Source: Kiritimatiellia bacterium
GTDB taxonomy: Bacteria > Verrucomicrobiota > Kiritimatiellia > CAIVKH01
NCBI GenBank assembly: GCA_035327305.1
Contig: DAOLDL010000004.1
Span: 12,180-76,179 of the forward strand
DNA: 64,000 bases
Direction: 5' to 3'
Part shown: piece after piece, positions 8,748 to 18,206 of the stretch
Layout of the letters: each line of letters opens with the position of its first letter
How positions within the stretch are numbered: position 1 is the stretch's first letter
The notes under the pieces: generated by a model
What the model saw: only the letters and a program-made list of their open reading frames with translations
The model's database searches: none
What the model was told of the DNA's origin: nothing
Position numbers and translations under genes: made by a program

Positions 8748-10295
8748 ATGATTAACAGGTTTCATTCTTATACGATACTTTTCACGGGTGGAATATTCCT
8801 GTTGTGCAGTTACATGGCACACGCCGGCAGTATATCCGGCATGGTAACCCGGGACACGGAGGAACCCGTGGAAGGAATTACCGTTATAGCACAACGACAG
8901 GAGGGACTGCTTATTTTCCTGCCGATTATATCACATACCGACGAGTATGGAATCTATCAATTCACCAATCTGGCCGGGGGCACGTATAGCATTCAATTTA
9001 TCGATGAAACGCACAGGGGTTTTGCGAGCGTTTACTACGATCAGGTAACGGAAAGTTTTTTGGCAACGTTAATTCCGTTGGTTGCGGGAACTTCGGTTAC
9101 CGGAATTAATGCGGTGATGACGCCGGGCGTTCGTATATCAGGCACTGTTACCGATTGGGCCGGCAACGATCCCCTCACCAATATACTCGTTCGCGCCTAT
9201 CGAAAGCTTGGTGATGATGATTGGAGCGCTCTTTATATCGCATACACCGATGCCGACGGTAAATACAACTTGAGGGGAATGCCCTCCGGCACGTTTCGCA
9301 TCAAATACAGCGACCCTTCCTCAACGTATGCTTATCAATTTTATGATCAGGTATCGTCATTTGAAGATGCAACGGACATTGAACTTGAGTCCGGCCAGGA
9401 GGTGTCGGATGTGGACGCTATATTGGTTTCAGGATCGCGAATTGAAGGACGTATCACGGAAACGGACGCCGCCACGCCTATTTCCAACGCGATCGTGTCG
9501 GTGTATGCATGGAACGGTTCCTGGTGGGATACCGTCTCAATCACCGAGTCGGATTCCAACGGAGAATATTCCGCGGGCGGATTGCCCCATTCCGGCGAAT
9601 TTCGGGTGGGTGCTCAAGATTACTCGGGAATGTATCTGACTGCTTACCATGTCGATGCGGAAACGGTGAATAATGCAACCAGCTTGTTCATTACCAACCA
9701 CGTTGTTCTCACAAACATCAATCTGGCGCTAATGCCTGCCGCCAGAATAGAAGGCGCCATAGATCTTGCCGATTCCGTTCCCCTCACCGGCTTCTGGAAG
9801 ATTTCATTATATCGGCAAATAGATTTCGGGCTGGGTAGTTCTTGGTGGATACCTGCCTTCACGCTATTCAGCCCATCGGTCGGCACATACAGCATCGGAG
9901 GAATAACTCCGGGTTCATACCGGGTTGGAGTGACCCATGTGGACGACACCTATTATCCATCCTTCCATGACGGAGTCGATAAAGTTGAAGACGCGGTGGA
10001 TATTGATTTTCTTCCCGGTGAAACAGTAGCCGACATTGATTTCATAATGCGACTGCGCTCCCCGGAGTTGTTGCAACCAATGCACATCATAGACTTGTCC
10101 GATGGAACCCCTGTTCAATGGGCCAGCAAACCAGGCCTTTTCTATGCCATAGATCGCACCACCAACCTGCAGTCCGGGTTTATCCGCATTCAGTCCATGA
10201 TCCCCGCGACGCCTCCAGAAAACAGTTATATGGATGAATCGGGAATTACAGAAAGCCCTTTCTTCTATCGGATTGTAATTGAAAACGAACCATAA
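8748..10295 (+). CDS. Secreted protein with 4-5 tandem carboxypeptidase-regulatory-like (CarboxypepD_reg/Cna-B-like) beta-sandwich repeats
   Basis: Signal peptide followed by recurring G(S/R)ISGxVTDxxGxPLxxxxVxAY modules, e.g. SISGMVTRDTEEPVEGITVIA, RISGTVTDWAGNDPLTNILVRAY, RIEGRITETDAATPISNAIVSVYAW. Confidence 0.55.
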   Translation: MINRFHSYTILFTGGIFLLCSYMAHAGSISGMVTRDTEEPVEGITVIAQRQEGLLIFLPIISHTDEYGIYQFTNLAGGTYSIQFIDETHRGFASVYYDQVTESFLATLIPLVAGTSVTGINAVMTPGVRISGTVTDWAGNDPLTNILVRAYRKLGDDDWSALYIAYTDADGKYNLRGMPSGTFRIKYSDPSSTYAYQFYDQVSSFEDATDIELESGQEVSDVDAILVSGSRIEGRITETDAATPISNAIVSVYAWNGSWWDTVSITESDSNGEYSAGGLPHSGEFRVGAQDYSGMYLTAYHVDAETVNNATSLFITNHVVLTNINLALMPAARIEGAIDLADSVPLTGFWKISLYRQIDFGLGSSWWIPAFTLFSPSVGTYSIGGITPGSYRVGVTHVDDTYYPSFHDGVDKVEDAVDIDFLPGETVADIDFIMRLRSPELLQPMHIIDLSDGTPVQWASKPGLFYAIDRTTNLQSGFIRIQSMIPATPPENSYMDESGITESPFFYRIVIENEP

Positions 10296-12456
10296 ACACG
10301 TTTGCGGACAGGAAAATACGGTCATTATCTTTATGAAAAATATCTTTCAAAAATTTGGAAACCGGCGCATTGCTTTCATTGCCGGATTTTTGGCCATGAT
10401 CATCATCACAGGTTGTGTGACCCGCCAAACGCCACTCGAACCTGCCCGGACATCTCTCGGTGTCGATTCACGGGATGGCACCGAAATCGAGGCGGCTTTG
10501 CACTGCTTACTGAACCGGGACCTGCGAAAATTTAAACGACTTGTTCCGACACGCGCCGAGGCAGATATCCGGTTGTTGCATGGCCTGACTTATCTGCATT
10601 ATGCCGTAGATACCGATCAGGAAAATTTTGTGGAGTACTTGGCAGGCTTGGGCGTATCTCTAAATGCCCGGGATTATCATTATCAGTGGACCCCACTGCA
10701 CATCGCCGTGCGCCGGGAACATCCGAACATGGTTCGAAAGCTGTTGGCTCGCGGCGCAAACCCATCCTTGGCTGACCGCCATGGCTGGATGCCGTTGCAT
10801 CATGCCGCTTCGCTGGTCAGCGAGCCGGTTTTATCGGCATTGATTGAAGGCGGGGTTCCCCTGGAGGAAGCTTGCTCGGGTCGGTGGCAGGGATACCGAG
10901 CACTTCACATTGCGGCAAGTCATGGCTTTGTAAACAACGCCAAAGTCTTGCTGGATGGAGGCGCTGACATTCATGCCATCACCACCGAGCTTGAGGAAAC
11001 CTCCCTTCTGATCGCCGCGCGCAGAAATCATGCCCCCATGGTAATGTTTTTACTTAGCCGCGGCGCGGATGTTACGGATGTCAATCCGAGAGCGCGAAGC
11101 GCTCTCCACCTGGCCGTGTCTTCAGAAGACCCAGCCATTATTGAATCCCTGCTTAGCTACAAAGCAAACCTGGAGGCCAGGGATAAGCATGGCGAAACTC
11201 CGCTCCTGACCGCCGTAAGACTTGGCAAGCTGGGATCCATCAGCTTGCTTCTGGATCGCGGCGCGGATATGGATGCGCGCGGTCGCGAAGGTGAAACGGC
11301 CGTCGCTATCGCCGCGGAAAATGGGCATGCAGATATCATACGTTTTCTGGCGGCGCGTGGAGCTGACATTGACGCTGGTGACGATATCGGACGGACGCCA
11401 CTGATCGGCGCGGCGGCACGCAACCACCTCGAAGCAGTCCACAGCCTGATCGAATTAGGCGCTGATGTTCAAAGACGGACAAAAAACAGTCATGACGCAT
11501 TGTATTATTCCATATTGAAAGCAAGCCCGGACATTATTGATCTGCTTATTCAACATGGCGCAAATGCAACAAACACCTATGGAGTAATAAAGTGGACAGC
11601 CTTGCATTCCGCCGCCTGGGATAATCGAATTGACCTGGTTGATACCCTTCTGAAACATGGCGCTGATATTGAGGCGGGAGAAATCAGCGGTCAGCGCCCT
11701 TTAATCCTTGCCGCCCGACGCCAACACGAAGAGATGATCGCCAAACTGCTGGAAGCCGGAGCAGACCCCTACGGCGCCAGCGTTCAAGGATTGACCGCAT
11801 GGCACTATGCCAAAATGGCAGGCCTGGAAAACTCGATTCAGCGCATCGAAGAAGCGGGCGGCCCGCCACCGGAATCACTGGAACTGGTTCGTGTTTATTT
11901 CGAACTGTACCAACCGGAAGCCAAAGAAGTGTTGCTTGCCGGCCAATTCAACAACTGGGGATCTCAACGAATCCCGTTGGAGAAAAAAGATGATGGCTCA
12001 TGGTATGTAGAGGTGGACGTTTTCAATACCAATTATGGCTATAAGTTTATCGTGGATGGGCAATGGATCACGGATCCTGAAAATCCGAAAACATGGACGG
12101 ACCGCGGATACGGTTCGGTCAATTCATCCTTGATACCCTCCGAGCGATTGGTTGAAAACTATATTTCGCGTGATCAACGCAGTCCATCCGCAATCAAGGT
12201 CATTACGTTTCATTACACGAATAGCGCCGCCCGCCGCGTTCACCTCGCGGGTGAATTCAATGGATGGAACACTTCAAGTCTGCCTTTGACAAAAAATGAC
12301 CAGGGCATTTGGACGCGGGAAGTCAGGCTTTCGCCCGGTGAATATGGGTACAAATTCATAGTCGATAACGACTGGATAGCAGACCCCGCAAATGAACTCA
12401 CCAAGGAAGTGGCTGGCGCCATCAATTCACTGATCCGGATCCCCGAAGACATATAA
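10279..12456 (+). CDS. Lipoprotein with ankyrin repeats and two C-terminal CBM48/AMPK-beta-type glycogen-binding domains
   Basis: Probable true start MKNIFQKF...IIITGC (lipobox) at ~10332. About 10 ANK repeats (TPLHIAV..G.......LL..GA). Two copies of VxFxxx...AKEV.LAGxFNxWxxxxxPLxKxDDGxWxxEVxLxxGxYxYKFIVDxxWixDPxN. Start coordinate as in the ORF track. Confidence 0.7.
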   Translation: MKTNHKHVCGQENTVIIFMKNIFQKFGNRRIAFIAGFLAMIIITGCVTRQTPLEPARTSLGVDSRDGTEIEAALHCLLNRDLRKFKRLVPTRAEADIRLLHGLTYLHYAVDTDQENFVEYLAGLGVSLNARDYHYQWTPLHIAVRREHPNMVRKLLARGANPSLADRHGWMPLHHAASLVSEPVLSALIEGGVPLEEACSGRWQGYRALHIAASHGFVNNAKVLLDGGADIHAITTELEETSLLIAARRNHAPMVMFLLSRGADVTDVNPRARSALHLAVSSEDPAIIESLLSYKANLEARDKHGETPLLTAVRLGKLGSISLLLDRGADMDARGREGETAVAIAAENGHADIIRFLAARGADIDAGDDIGRTPLIGAAARNHLEAVHSLIELGADVQRRTKNSHDALYYSILKASPDIIDLLIQHGANATNTYGVIKWTALHSAAWDNRIDLVDTLLKHGADIEAGEISGQRPLILAARRQHEEMIAKLLEAGADPYGASVQGLTAWHYAKMAGLENSIQRIEEAGGPPPESLELVRVYFELYQPEAKEVLLAGQFNNWGSQRIPLEKKDDGSWYVEVDVFNTNYGYKFIVDGQWITDPENPKTWTDRGYGSVNSSLIPSERLVENYISRDQRSPSAIKVITFHYTNSAARRVHLAGEFNGWNTSSLPLTKNDQGIWTREVRLSPGEYGYKFIVDNDWIADPANELTKEVAGAINSLIRIPEDI

Positions 12457-12562
12457 AACCCGGCGGGATATTCGGTTTGAGACGCCGGCATTCCTGCCAA
12501 CGGGAAGCAGGGATATACGCTTGTGTTACGAATTCGCGCGTCGGCCGGGAGACGCATTTCCT

Positions 12563-13957
12563 CTACGCCAAGGCATGGGTCTCGATGTATTTCCGGACAG
12601 CTTTCACATCGTTGGGCAGGGTCACACTTCGAGTCGGGGCATCGCGCAGAGCTTCCAGCGCCGGATGCCGCGCGATGTCTTCACCGATGGCGGAGTCGAT
12701 GGCTTGCGCAAACTTGGCGGGATGCGCAGTGGCGAGGCAAATCATCGGTTCGGCTTCATCCAGATGCTGTTCGGCCACATGGACGCCCACGGCGGTATGC
12801 GGGTCGAGCAGGTATCCGTATTCCCGATAATATCTTCGAATAATGGACATGGTTGACGCGGTGTTGCCCACGCCTGCGGCAAACAACGGATCGACCGGCT
12901 CACCTGATTCAACCGGTACGGTCAAACGTCCCGTTTTGTTGAACGAGTTCATCATGCTCCGCAAGACTTCCGCGTCTCGGCCGACGCGATCAAATAAATA
13001 GCGTTCGAAATTGCTGGCCACTTGAATGTCCATGGATGGGCTGATGGTGGGAACCACTTCGCCTTTGCTGTACTCTCCCCGCGCGAAAAAGCGGGCGAGG
13101 ATGTCGTTTTCATTCGTGGCCAACACCAACAAAGAAACCGGCAACCCCATTTTTTTCGCATAATAGCCGGCCAGCACATCGCCAAAATTTCCGGTTGGAA
13201 CGGCAAAGCGCACCTTTTTTGCGCCGGCTTGATTCAACACATAAAGTCCGGCGGAAAAATAATAAACAATTTGCGCCATGACGCGCGCCCAGTTGACGGA
13301 ATTGATCGCGCCCAGAGAATATTTTTCCTTAAACGTCACATCCTCAAACAACGTCTTCATGATGCGCTGTCCGTCGTCAAATGTCCCTTCCAACGCAATG
13401 TTGAAAACATTGGCGTCCAGCACCGAAGTCATTTGTTTTTCCTGAAGCGGAGAAACGCGTCCCTTGGGATGCATGATGAAAATATTCATTCGATCGCGAC
13501 CGGCCACGCCATGGATGGCCGCGCTACCGGTATCCCCGCTGGTGGCGCCAAGGATGTTCAACTTATGATTTTCCTTGCCGAGGTAATACTCAAAGAAATT
13601 ACTTAGGAACTGAAGGGCGATATCCTTGAAGGCAAGGGTCGGGCCATGAAACAACTCAAGAATCTGGATCTGGCCAACCGGAATAGCCGGCGCGATTTCA
13701 GGATGGGCAAACGGCGCGTAACTTTTCTCGATGAGATGCCGCAGATCCGCCTCCGGCATGTCGACAAACAGCTTCATGATTTCAAACGTGATGTCCTGGT
13801 AGGAAAGCGTCGCCCAATGATCCAGTTGATCGCGGACATCGGGTATCCATTTGGGCACCAAAAGGCCGCCATCGGGAGCAAGCCCGGTCATGACCGCCTG
13901 TTCAAATCCCATTTCCGGCGTCAAACCACGGGTGCTGATATAAGTCATCGATTTCAT
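12563..13957 (-). CDS. thrC: Threonine synthase
   Basis: Typical ThrC N-terminus (YISTRG...LAPDGGLLVP), a PLP-lysine region and a 464-aa length. Confidence 0.88.
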   Translation of the reverse strand: MKSMTYISTRGLTPEMGFEQAVMTGLAPDGGLLVPKWIPDVRDQLDHWATLSYQDITFEIMKLFVDMPEADLRHLIEKSYAPFAHPEIAPAIPVGQIQILELFHGPTLAFKDIALQFLSNFFEYYLGKENHKLNILGATSGDTGSAAIHGVAGRDRMNIFIMHPKGRVSPLQEKQMTSVLDANVFNIALEGTFDDGQRIMKTLFEDVTFKEKYSLGAINSVNWARVMAQIVYYFSAGLYVLNQAGAKKVRFAVPTGNFGDVLAGYYAKKMGLPVSLLVLATNENDILARFFARGEYSKGEVVPTISPSMDIQVASNFERYLFDRVGRDAEVLRSMMNSFNKTGRLTVPVESGEPVDPLFAAGVGNTASTMSIIRRYYREYGYLLDPHTAVGVHVAEQHLDEAEPMICLATAHPAKFAQAIDSAIGEDIARHPALEALRDAPTRSVTLPNDVKAVRKYIETHALA

Positions 13958-14012
13958 AGACCGGACAGCATAGCGGGAATCTTCAGGGTGAAAACTTCAA
14001 AATTCGCGGGCA

Positions 14013-14834
14013 TTACTGCGTGTTAAAAAAGCTTCCATCCAGATGGATTGCGTTTTTATCCATGGATTGCGGGAGGGTCAATCGGCCCAGATCGTGCAAA
14101 CAGCGTCTGCGTATGAGGTCGGCGGTTGACGTAAAGCTCCCGTCCATGGATTCAAGATACACTGCGGCTTCGTCACCAAACGAGACTACCGCGCGGGCGG
14201 CGGTATTGCGAACCGTGAAAACGGGATCATCAAATGCTTCGACCAAAGCAGGCAAGGCTTTGGTGTCACCTATGTCGCGCAAAGCATTTGCCGCAACGAT
14301 CCGGAGCCGCTCGCCGCCATCGACCAGCCATTTCTCCGCATGCGACCGCGCTTCGGGTACTTTCCATTTTCCCAGTGTTCGCAACGCCGCACCCCGGGTC
14401 TGCTCTTCTTCCAAGTGCGGAAACAGTCGGTCGGCATGTTCAGTGGCCTGGTGAAAGCCGAGAAAGAAGATGGCAACCCGCCGGGTTTCAATCCGGTCGT
14501 GATCGATATACGCCAGCAACGCGGGAACGATCACATCCGAAGGAAGTTCCAACACCCATTCCATAACCAGCACCTGCAACATCACCCGGTCGCCATGAAT
14601 ATGGGCCATGGCCGCGTGAAGGGAATCCGGCATACGTTCTTTCAGTTCTTCACGGGCGACCCGCTTGGCTTCACGGCGTTCCGGGGTGTTGCCGTAACGG
14701 GTGGCATCATAAAGAAGATCTTCGAGGGAACGGGCAATGGCAAAACTGGAGCAGAACAGAATAAACAGAAAGAGGATATAACCGAGATGCTTGTTACTCA
14801 TGTCCGGTATCCTCTTTGTAATCATAGACGACAC
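14013..14834 (-). CDS. Secreted HEAT-repeat (PBS-lyase HEAT-like) protein
   Basis: Signal-like N-terminus (MSNKHLGYILFLFILFCSSFAIA). Repeated R..A..AL...GD..A.P.L...L.D....VR..A..AL HEAT-like units. Confidence 0.55.
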   Translation of the reverse strand: MSSMITKRIPDMSNKHLGYILFLFILFCSSFAIARSLEDLLYDATRYGNTPERREAKRVAREELKERMPDSLHAAMAHIHGDRVMLQVLVMEWVLELPSDVIVPALLAYIDHDRIETRRVAIFFLGFHQATEHADRLFPHLEEEQTRGAALRTLGKWKVPEARSHAEKWLVDGGERLRIVAANALRDIGDTKALPALVEAFDDPVFTVRNTAARAVVSFGDEAAVYLESMDGSFTSTADLIRRRCLHDLGRLTLPQSMDKNAIHLDGSFFNTQ

Positions 14835-16719
14835 CGTACAGCGGGCGCAACGTGATCATGCTGTTGGAGAAGCCGCCGCTGTAGATGTCCGCTCCCGCCA
14901 AATCAATCAACAAGGCCAGGCTTCCATAATCGCGAAAGCCGCCGTTGTTGCCGATGCCTTGCGCGCCATCGCGTTGACGACTGAAATACGCATCGTTACC
15001 TGTGCGATCGACCAGCAACGCGAAGGCATTATTAAGCGCACGCCCCTGGGCATGATGATCCGCCGTGTAGGTGTCATCACCCTGATGGTCAAACAACATG
15101 CCCACGGAGTAATCGTGCGCCGCACCTTGGGCCAGGATGTAACCGCTGTAAGAATCGTTGCCCCACGCATCGGCCAGCAATCCGAGGCTCATGTGTATGC
15201 CACACCCCTGCCCATACTGATACATTGAGTAGCGATCATGACCGCCGCCATCGAGTAGAAACCCTGCGGAATAATAATAGCTGACGCCTTGCGCATAAAT
15301 ATCGCCGATGTAGATATCGTTGCCGGACAAGTCGATCAACGATGCCACGCCACCACCAGCATGCGGGCGCATGCCGATGGAGAAGCCCTGTGAAAGTGAA
15401 AGGTATCTCTCATCGTTTCTTTCGTGATCGAGACGGCGGTTGCCCGCAAGATACCGGTCATTGCCCGCGCGATCCAGTAGCATCCCCCACCCCTTGACGC
15501 CGGCAAATCCCTGTCCATAAAACCCGACGTCATAGACATCGTCGCCTGCGTGATCGATCAGAAATCCGAACCCGACCATCCCGGCGCCCTGTCCTATCGC
15601 GTGGCCGCGATACTGGTCACTTCCACTAAAATCCTCCAACCACGCTCCGCCAAACAACGCCGCTCCGGCGCCGACAAACGCCGACTCATAACGGTCGTCA
15701 CCGGATGTATTCAACACAACGGCCAGCCCCCACAGCGCCGAGCCGGCACCCAACAGGCCCTCTTCATGAAAAACATCATCGCCACCCAAATCAATGATCG
15801 CGGCCATGCGCCGGCCCTCAAGTCCGTTGGCCGCGCCGACGCCATTCCGATAGGTGTCACTTCCTCCCGGATCTATGATCAATAAAGCGGGGCCTTCGTA
15901 AGCATCATCACCCATGGTGCCAATTATGATGTGTCCCCAATGACTTTCGCGAATCAAGGGTGAATCCGGCCATTCTTCGATGGCGGTCACTTCGTTGCGA
16001 ATATTGAGCACTGCGTGGTAAAAAAGATGAAAGGAACGATATAGACCAGGTAGATCAACTTGATTCACCAGATCAAGCCAGCGAAGGGATGCGTCCGAGC
16101 CGTCAAGTTGTCGCGCCTCTTCTTCAATGCGATCCAGCGCCTCTTCAGAAATCCCCGCCTCAAGCAAAACGTTGCGATGCACTTCGTTGTCCGCCGACTC
16201 GAAGGTAGAAGCGAGAATGGATGCCGATAAGTAGATGCGGTCCTCAAGGGACAGATTGCCAAACGAAGCCTCCAACATTTCGTCGATCTCCTCCACATAA
16301 ACAAGAAATCGATTCACCAGGGAATCCCATCCGGCAAAAGGTTTGTCATGTGGCTCGCCCGATGCTCTTGCCAGACCGACATCCAGCTCCATCAGCTCCG
16401 CGCCGATGCTCCACCACTTTTCCGGATTGTCGCTTTCTGCGGCGGTGTAGAGTGCATCAGCATGACCGGGTAATTGCCAGGGATCGTTTAATGTGTTGGT
16501 GATCCAGCCAAGTGTCCAGAGAGGTTTGCCGTGATCTTTCTCGAATCCGGCATCCGACGAGGTCATGCCCAGCGTATCCAATGCGCGCTCAACATGATCA
16601 CGAACATGATCGGGATACAGGGGGATCAGCGGAGCGGGGTCGCCATACACCTTGCCCGAGCCGACCAACCAGATCGTGAACATGGCAACGAAAGAAGCGG
16701 TGGCTTTGTAAATCTTCAT
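14794..16719 (-). CDS. Secreted beta-solenoid protein with ~11 tandem ~25-aa 'LxDxxGNDxY......QGxG' repeats
   Basis: Signal peptide and an alpha-rich N-domain (~270 aa). The repeats then run: AAIIDLGGDDVF.., AVVLNTSGDDRY.., FLIDHAGDDVYDVGFYGQGFAG.., MLLDRAGNDRY.., ASLIDLSGNDIY.., FLLDGGGHDRY.., LLADAWGNDSY.., MLFDHQGDDTY.., ALLVDRTGNDAY.., LLIDLAGADIY.. The 3' end overlaps the HEAT-repeat gene by 41 nt. Confidence 0.6.
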   Translation of the reverse strand: MKIYKATASFVAMFTIWLVGSGKVYGDPAPLIPLYPDHVRDHVERALDTLGMTSSDAGFEKDHGKPLWTLGWITNTLNDPWQLPGHADALYTAAESDNPEKWWSIGAELMELDVGLARASGEPHDKPFAGWDSLVNRFLVYVEEIDEMLEASFGNLSLEDRIYLSASILASTFESADNEVHRNVLLEAGISEEALDRIEEEARQLDGSDASLRWLDLVNQVDLPGLYRSFHLFYHAVLNIRNEVTAIEEWPDSPLIRESHWGHIIIGTMGDDAYEGPALLIIDPGGSDTYRNGVGAANGLEGRRMAAIIDLGGDDVFHEEGLLGAGSALWGLAVVLNTSGDDRYESAFVGAGAALFGGAWLEDFSGSDQYRGHAIGQGAGMVGFGFLIDHAGDDVYDVGFYGQGFAGVKGWGMLLDRAGNDRYLAGNRRLDHERNDERYLSLSQGFSIGMRPHAGGGVASLIDLSGNDIYIGDIYAQGVSYYYSAGFLLDGGGHDRYSMYQYGQGCGIHMSLGLLADAWGNDSYSGYILAQGAAHDYSVGMLFDHQGDDTYTADHHAQGRALNNAFALLVDRTGNDAYFSRQRDGAQGIGNNGGFRDYGSLALLIDLAGADIYSGGFSNSMITLRPLYGVVYDYKEDTGHE

Positions 16720-17252
16720 GAATTGAAAAGTACGTCATACCATAAATACATGGTCATGCCCAGCGCCGCGCAGGTTTTTACAAACATGACCCAGAGCCTG
16801 GCCCAAACCGCGCCGCGGGCGATACGTGCGGCTTGCAGATCCTGCTTCAATCGGGCGCGTTCCACCCAGTAGGCGAAAAGAAAACTGCCAAGCAACATTC
16901 CCAGGATACTGCTGATGATTGGAACCGGAGCGAAGCTTCCAACAATCATCCCTAAAATGCCGCCAAACAAAGCGGCCCACCCGGCTCGCATCGATCCGCC
17001 GCGTTTCGTAATGCCGAGATTGCCGGCAAAGAAATCAAAAACCTCCAATGCGGCCGAGAGCGCGAAAAACGCCCCGGCAACCCACCATCCCGGAGCGCCG
17101 TCCGGTCGGCACCAGATCAAGATGACGGACGCGCCCGCAACCAGCCAAGTGCCGGAAAAGGCAAACAGGGAAACAAGAATGCCCGACAGACACAGAAGAA
17201 CGGCGGCGGCATGACCCAACCACCAGCCCGACTGCTGAAGCAAGGATTCCAC
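16716..17252 (-). CDS. DUF456-like small polytopic membrane protein
   Basis: 178 aa with 4 predicted TM helices and Gly-rich helices (GSMRAGWAALFGGILGMIVGSFAP). 4-nt overlap with the downstream repeat-protein gene. Confidence 0.5.
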   Translation of the reverse strand: MESLLQQSGWWLGHAAAVLLCLSGILVSLFAFSGTWLVAGASVILIWCRPDGAPGWWVAGAFFALSAALEVFDFFAGNLGITKRGGSMRAGWAALFGGILGMIVGSFAPVPIISSILGMLLGSFLFAYWVERARLKQDLQAARIARGAVWARLWVMFVKTCAALGMTMYLWYDVLFNS

Positions 17253-17267
17253 GCGTGACGGTTATGA

Positions 17268-18206
17268 TCAGTCCACCGTGTGAATGATAAACCCCGGCTC
17301 GATGCCGGAGTAGATATTCAGCCGGGACTTCTCGAGGATTTCCTTGATTTGATCGGCATCCAACTCTGTCTTCAGCATCGGAACTTCGATGCGCGTGTCT
17401 TTTTCCAGCAGGATGCGCTTGGAAACGTCACGAAAGCCGGGTTTGCCGATCGTAATGGTGTGATCACCTTTGTATATCTCAAAATCCTGAATCGGCGTGG
17501 TGCCAATCAGCATGCCGTCAATTTCGAGCAGTGCCGGGTCGGCGGTGGTGGAAACGGAAAGTTTCACGATCGGCCTGTTTCTGAATTCATCCTGCCGGCG
17601 GACCAGTGCGTCGCGGATGACGGGGATGGTTTCATCCATGGCGCCTTCCATCAGCAAGTAGACATCGTCTTCACCAAGCGTGGTTTTTACGTTATCGGTT
17701 TGCCGGAATCGACGCGAAGCCGCGCCATCAACGGCGGCGAGGACGGAACCGTCGCGGGTATCCAGCGCCTCCAGCGCCACACGCACGGTGAAATCATCAA
17801 GATACGCCGTATATCCTCCTTGATGCACGGAGGAACGGCTGGAGGATATGGTCAGCAGACTGCCTCGCAATACGACATCGGCATTCAATTGTTGCGCGGC
17901 CCGCAAGAAGGAAGGCTTGGCTTCGGTCTCCTTGCTGAACTTTTCCATCTGGGTGAAAAAGTCGCGGCGATCAATCAGACGGAACCCCTCTTTTCCGGCC
18001 AATTTTTTATTCAGGATAAACGCTCCCTTTTCCGCCATGACTGCGGTGGACAAAGCAACCGCCGGAACGTAGGACGGCAAAGCGCCGGCCCGGTTTTCAA
18101 AATCCAACACAACCACCCGGAAAGAATCATCGGAGCGGGCGTTTCCGATGAAAACCAGCATTAAAAGCGCGATCATTTGTTGCATGTATTTCATTGGCCA
18201 CCTCAA
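17268..18206 (-). CDS. Secreted protein with CsgG/LpoB-like N-terminal domain and C-terminal PEGA domain
   Basis: Signal peptide. SFRVVVLDFENRAGAL is typical of CsgG-like domains. C-terminus IDGMLIGTTPIQDFEIYKGDHTITIGKPGFRDVSKRI fits the PEGA consensus. Confidence 0.5.
   Translation of the reverse strand: MRWPMKYMQQMIALLMLVFIGNARSDDSFRVVVLDFENRAGALPSYVPAVALSTAVMAEKGAFILNKKLAGKEGFRLIDRRDFFTQMEKFSKETEAKPSFLRAAQQLNADVVLRGSLLTISSSRSSVHQGGYTAYLDDFTVRVALEALDTRDGSVLAAVDGAASRRFRQTDNVKTTLGEDDVYLLMEGAMDETIPVIRDALVRRQDEFRNRPIVKLSVSTTADPALLEIDGMLIGTTPIQDFEIYKGDHTITIGKPGFRDVSKRILLEKDTRIEVPMLKTELDADQIKEILEKSRLNIYSGIEPGFIIHTVD

Noticed and set aside
10250-10300. Apparent 1-nt discrepancy between my manual codon count and the ORF-track coordinates at the 8748..10295 / 10279..12456 junction
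   Set aside because: It is most likely my own character-counting error. Downstream stop codons (12454-12456, 12563-12565) agree with the track, so I kept track coordinates and did not call a frameshift or pseudogene.
12457-12562. Possible rho-independent terminator between the convergent ankyrin gene and thrC
   Set aside because: There is only a 6-bp imperfect stem (CCGGCG...CGCCGG) with a long loop and no U-tract, which is not convincing.
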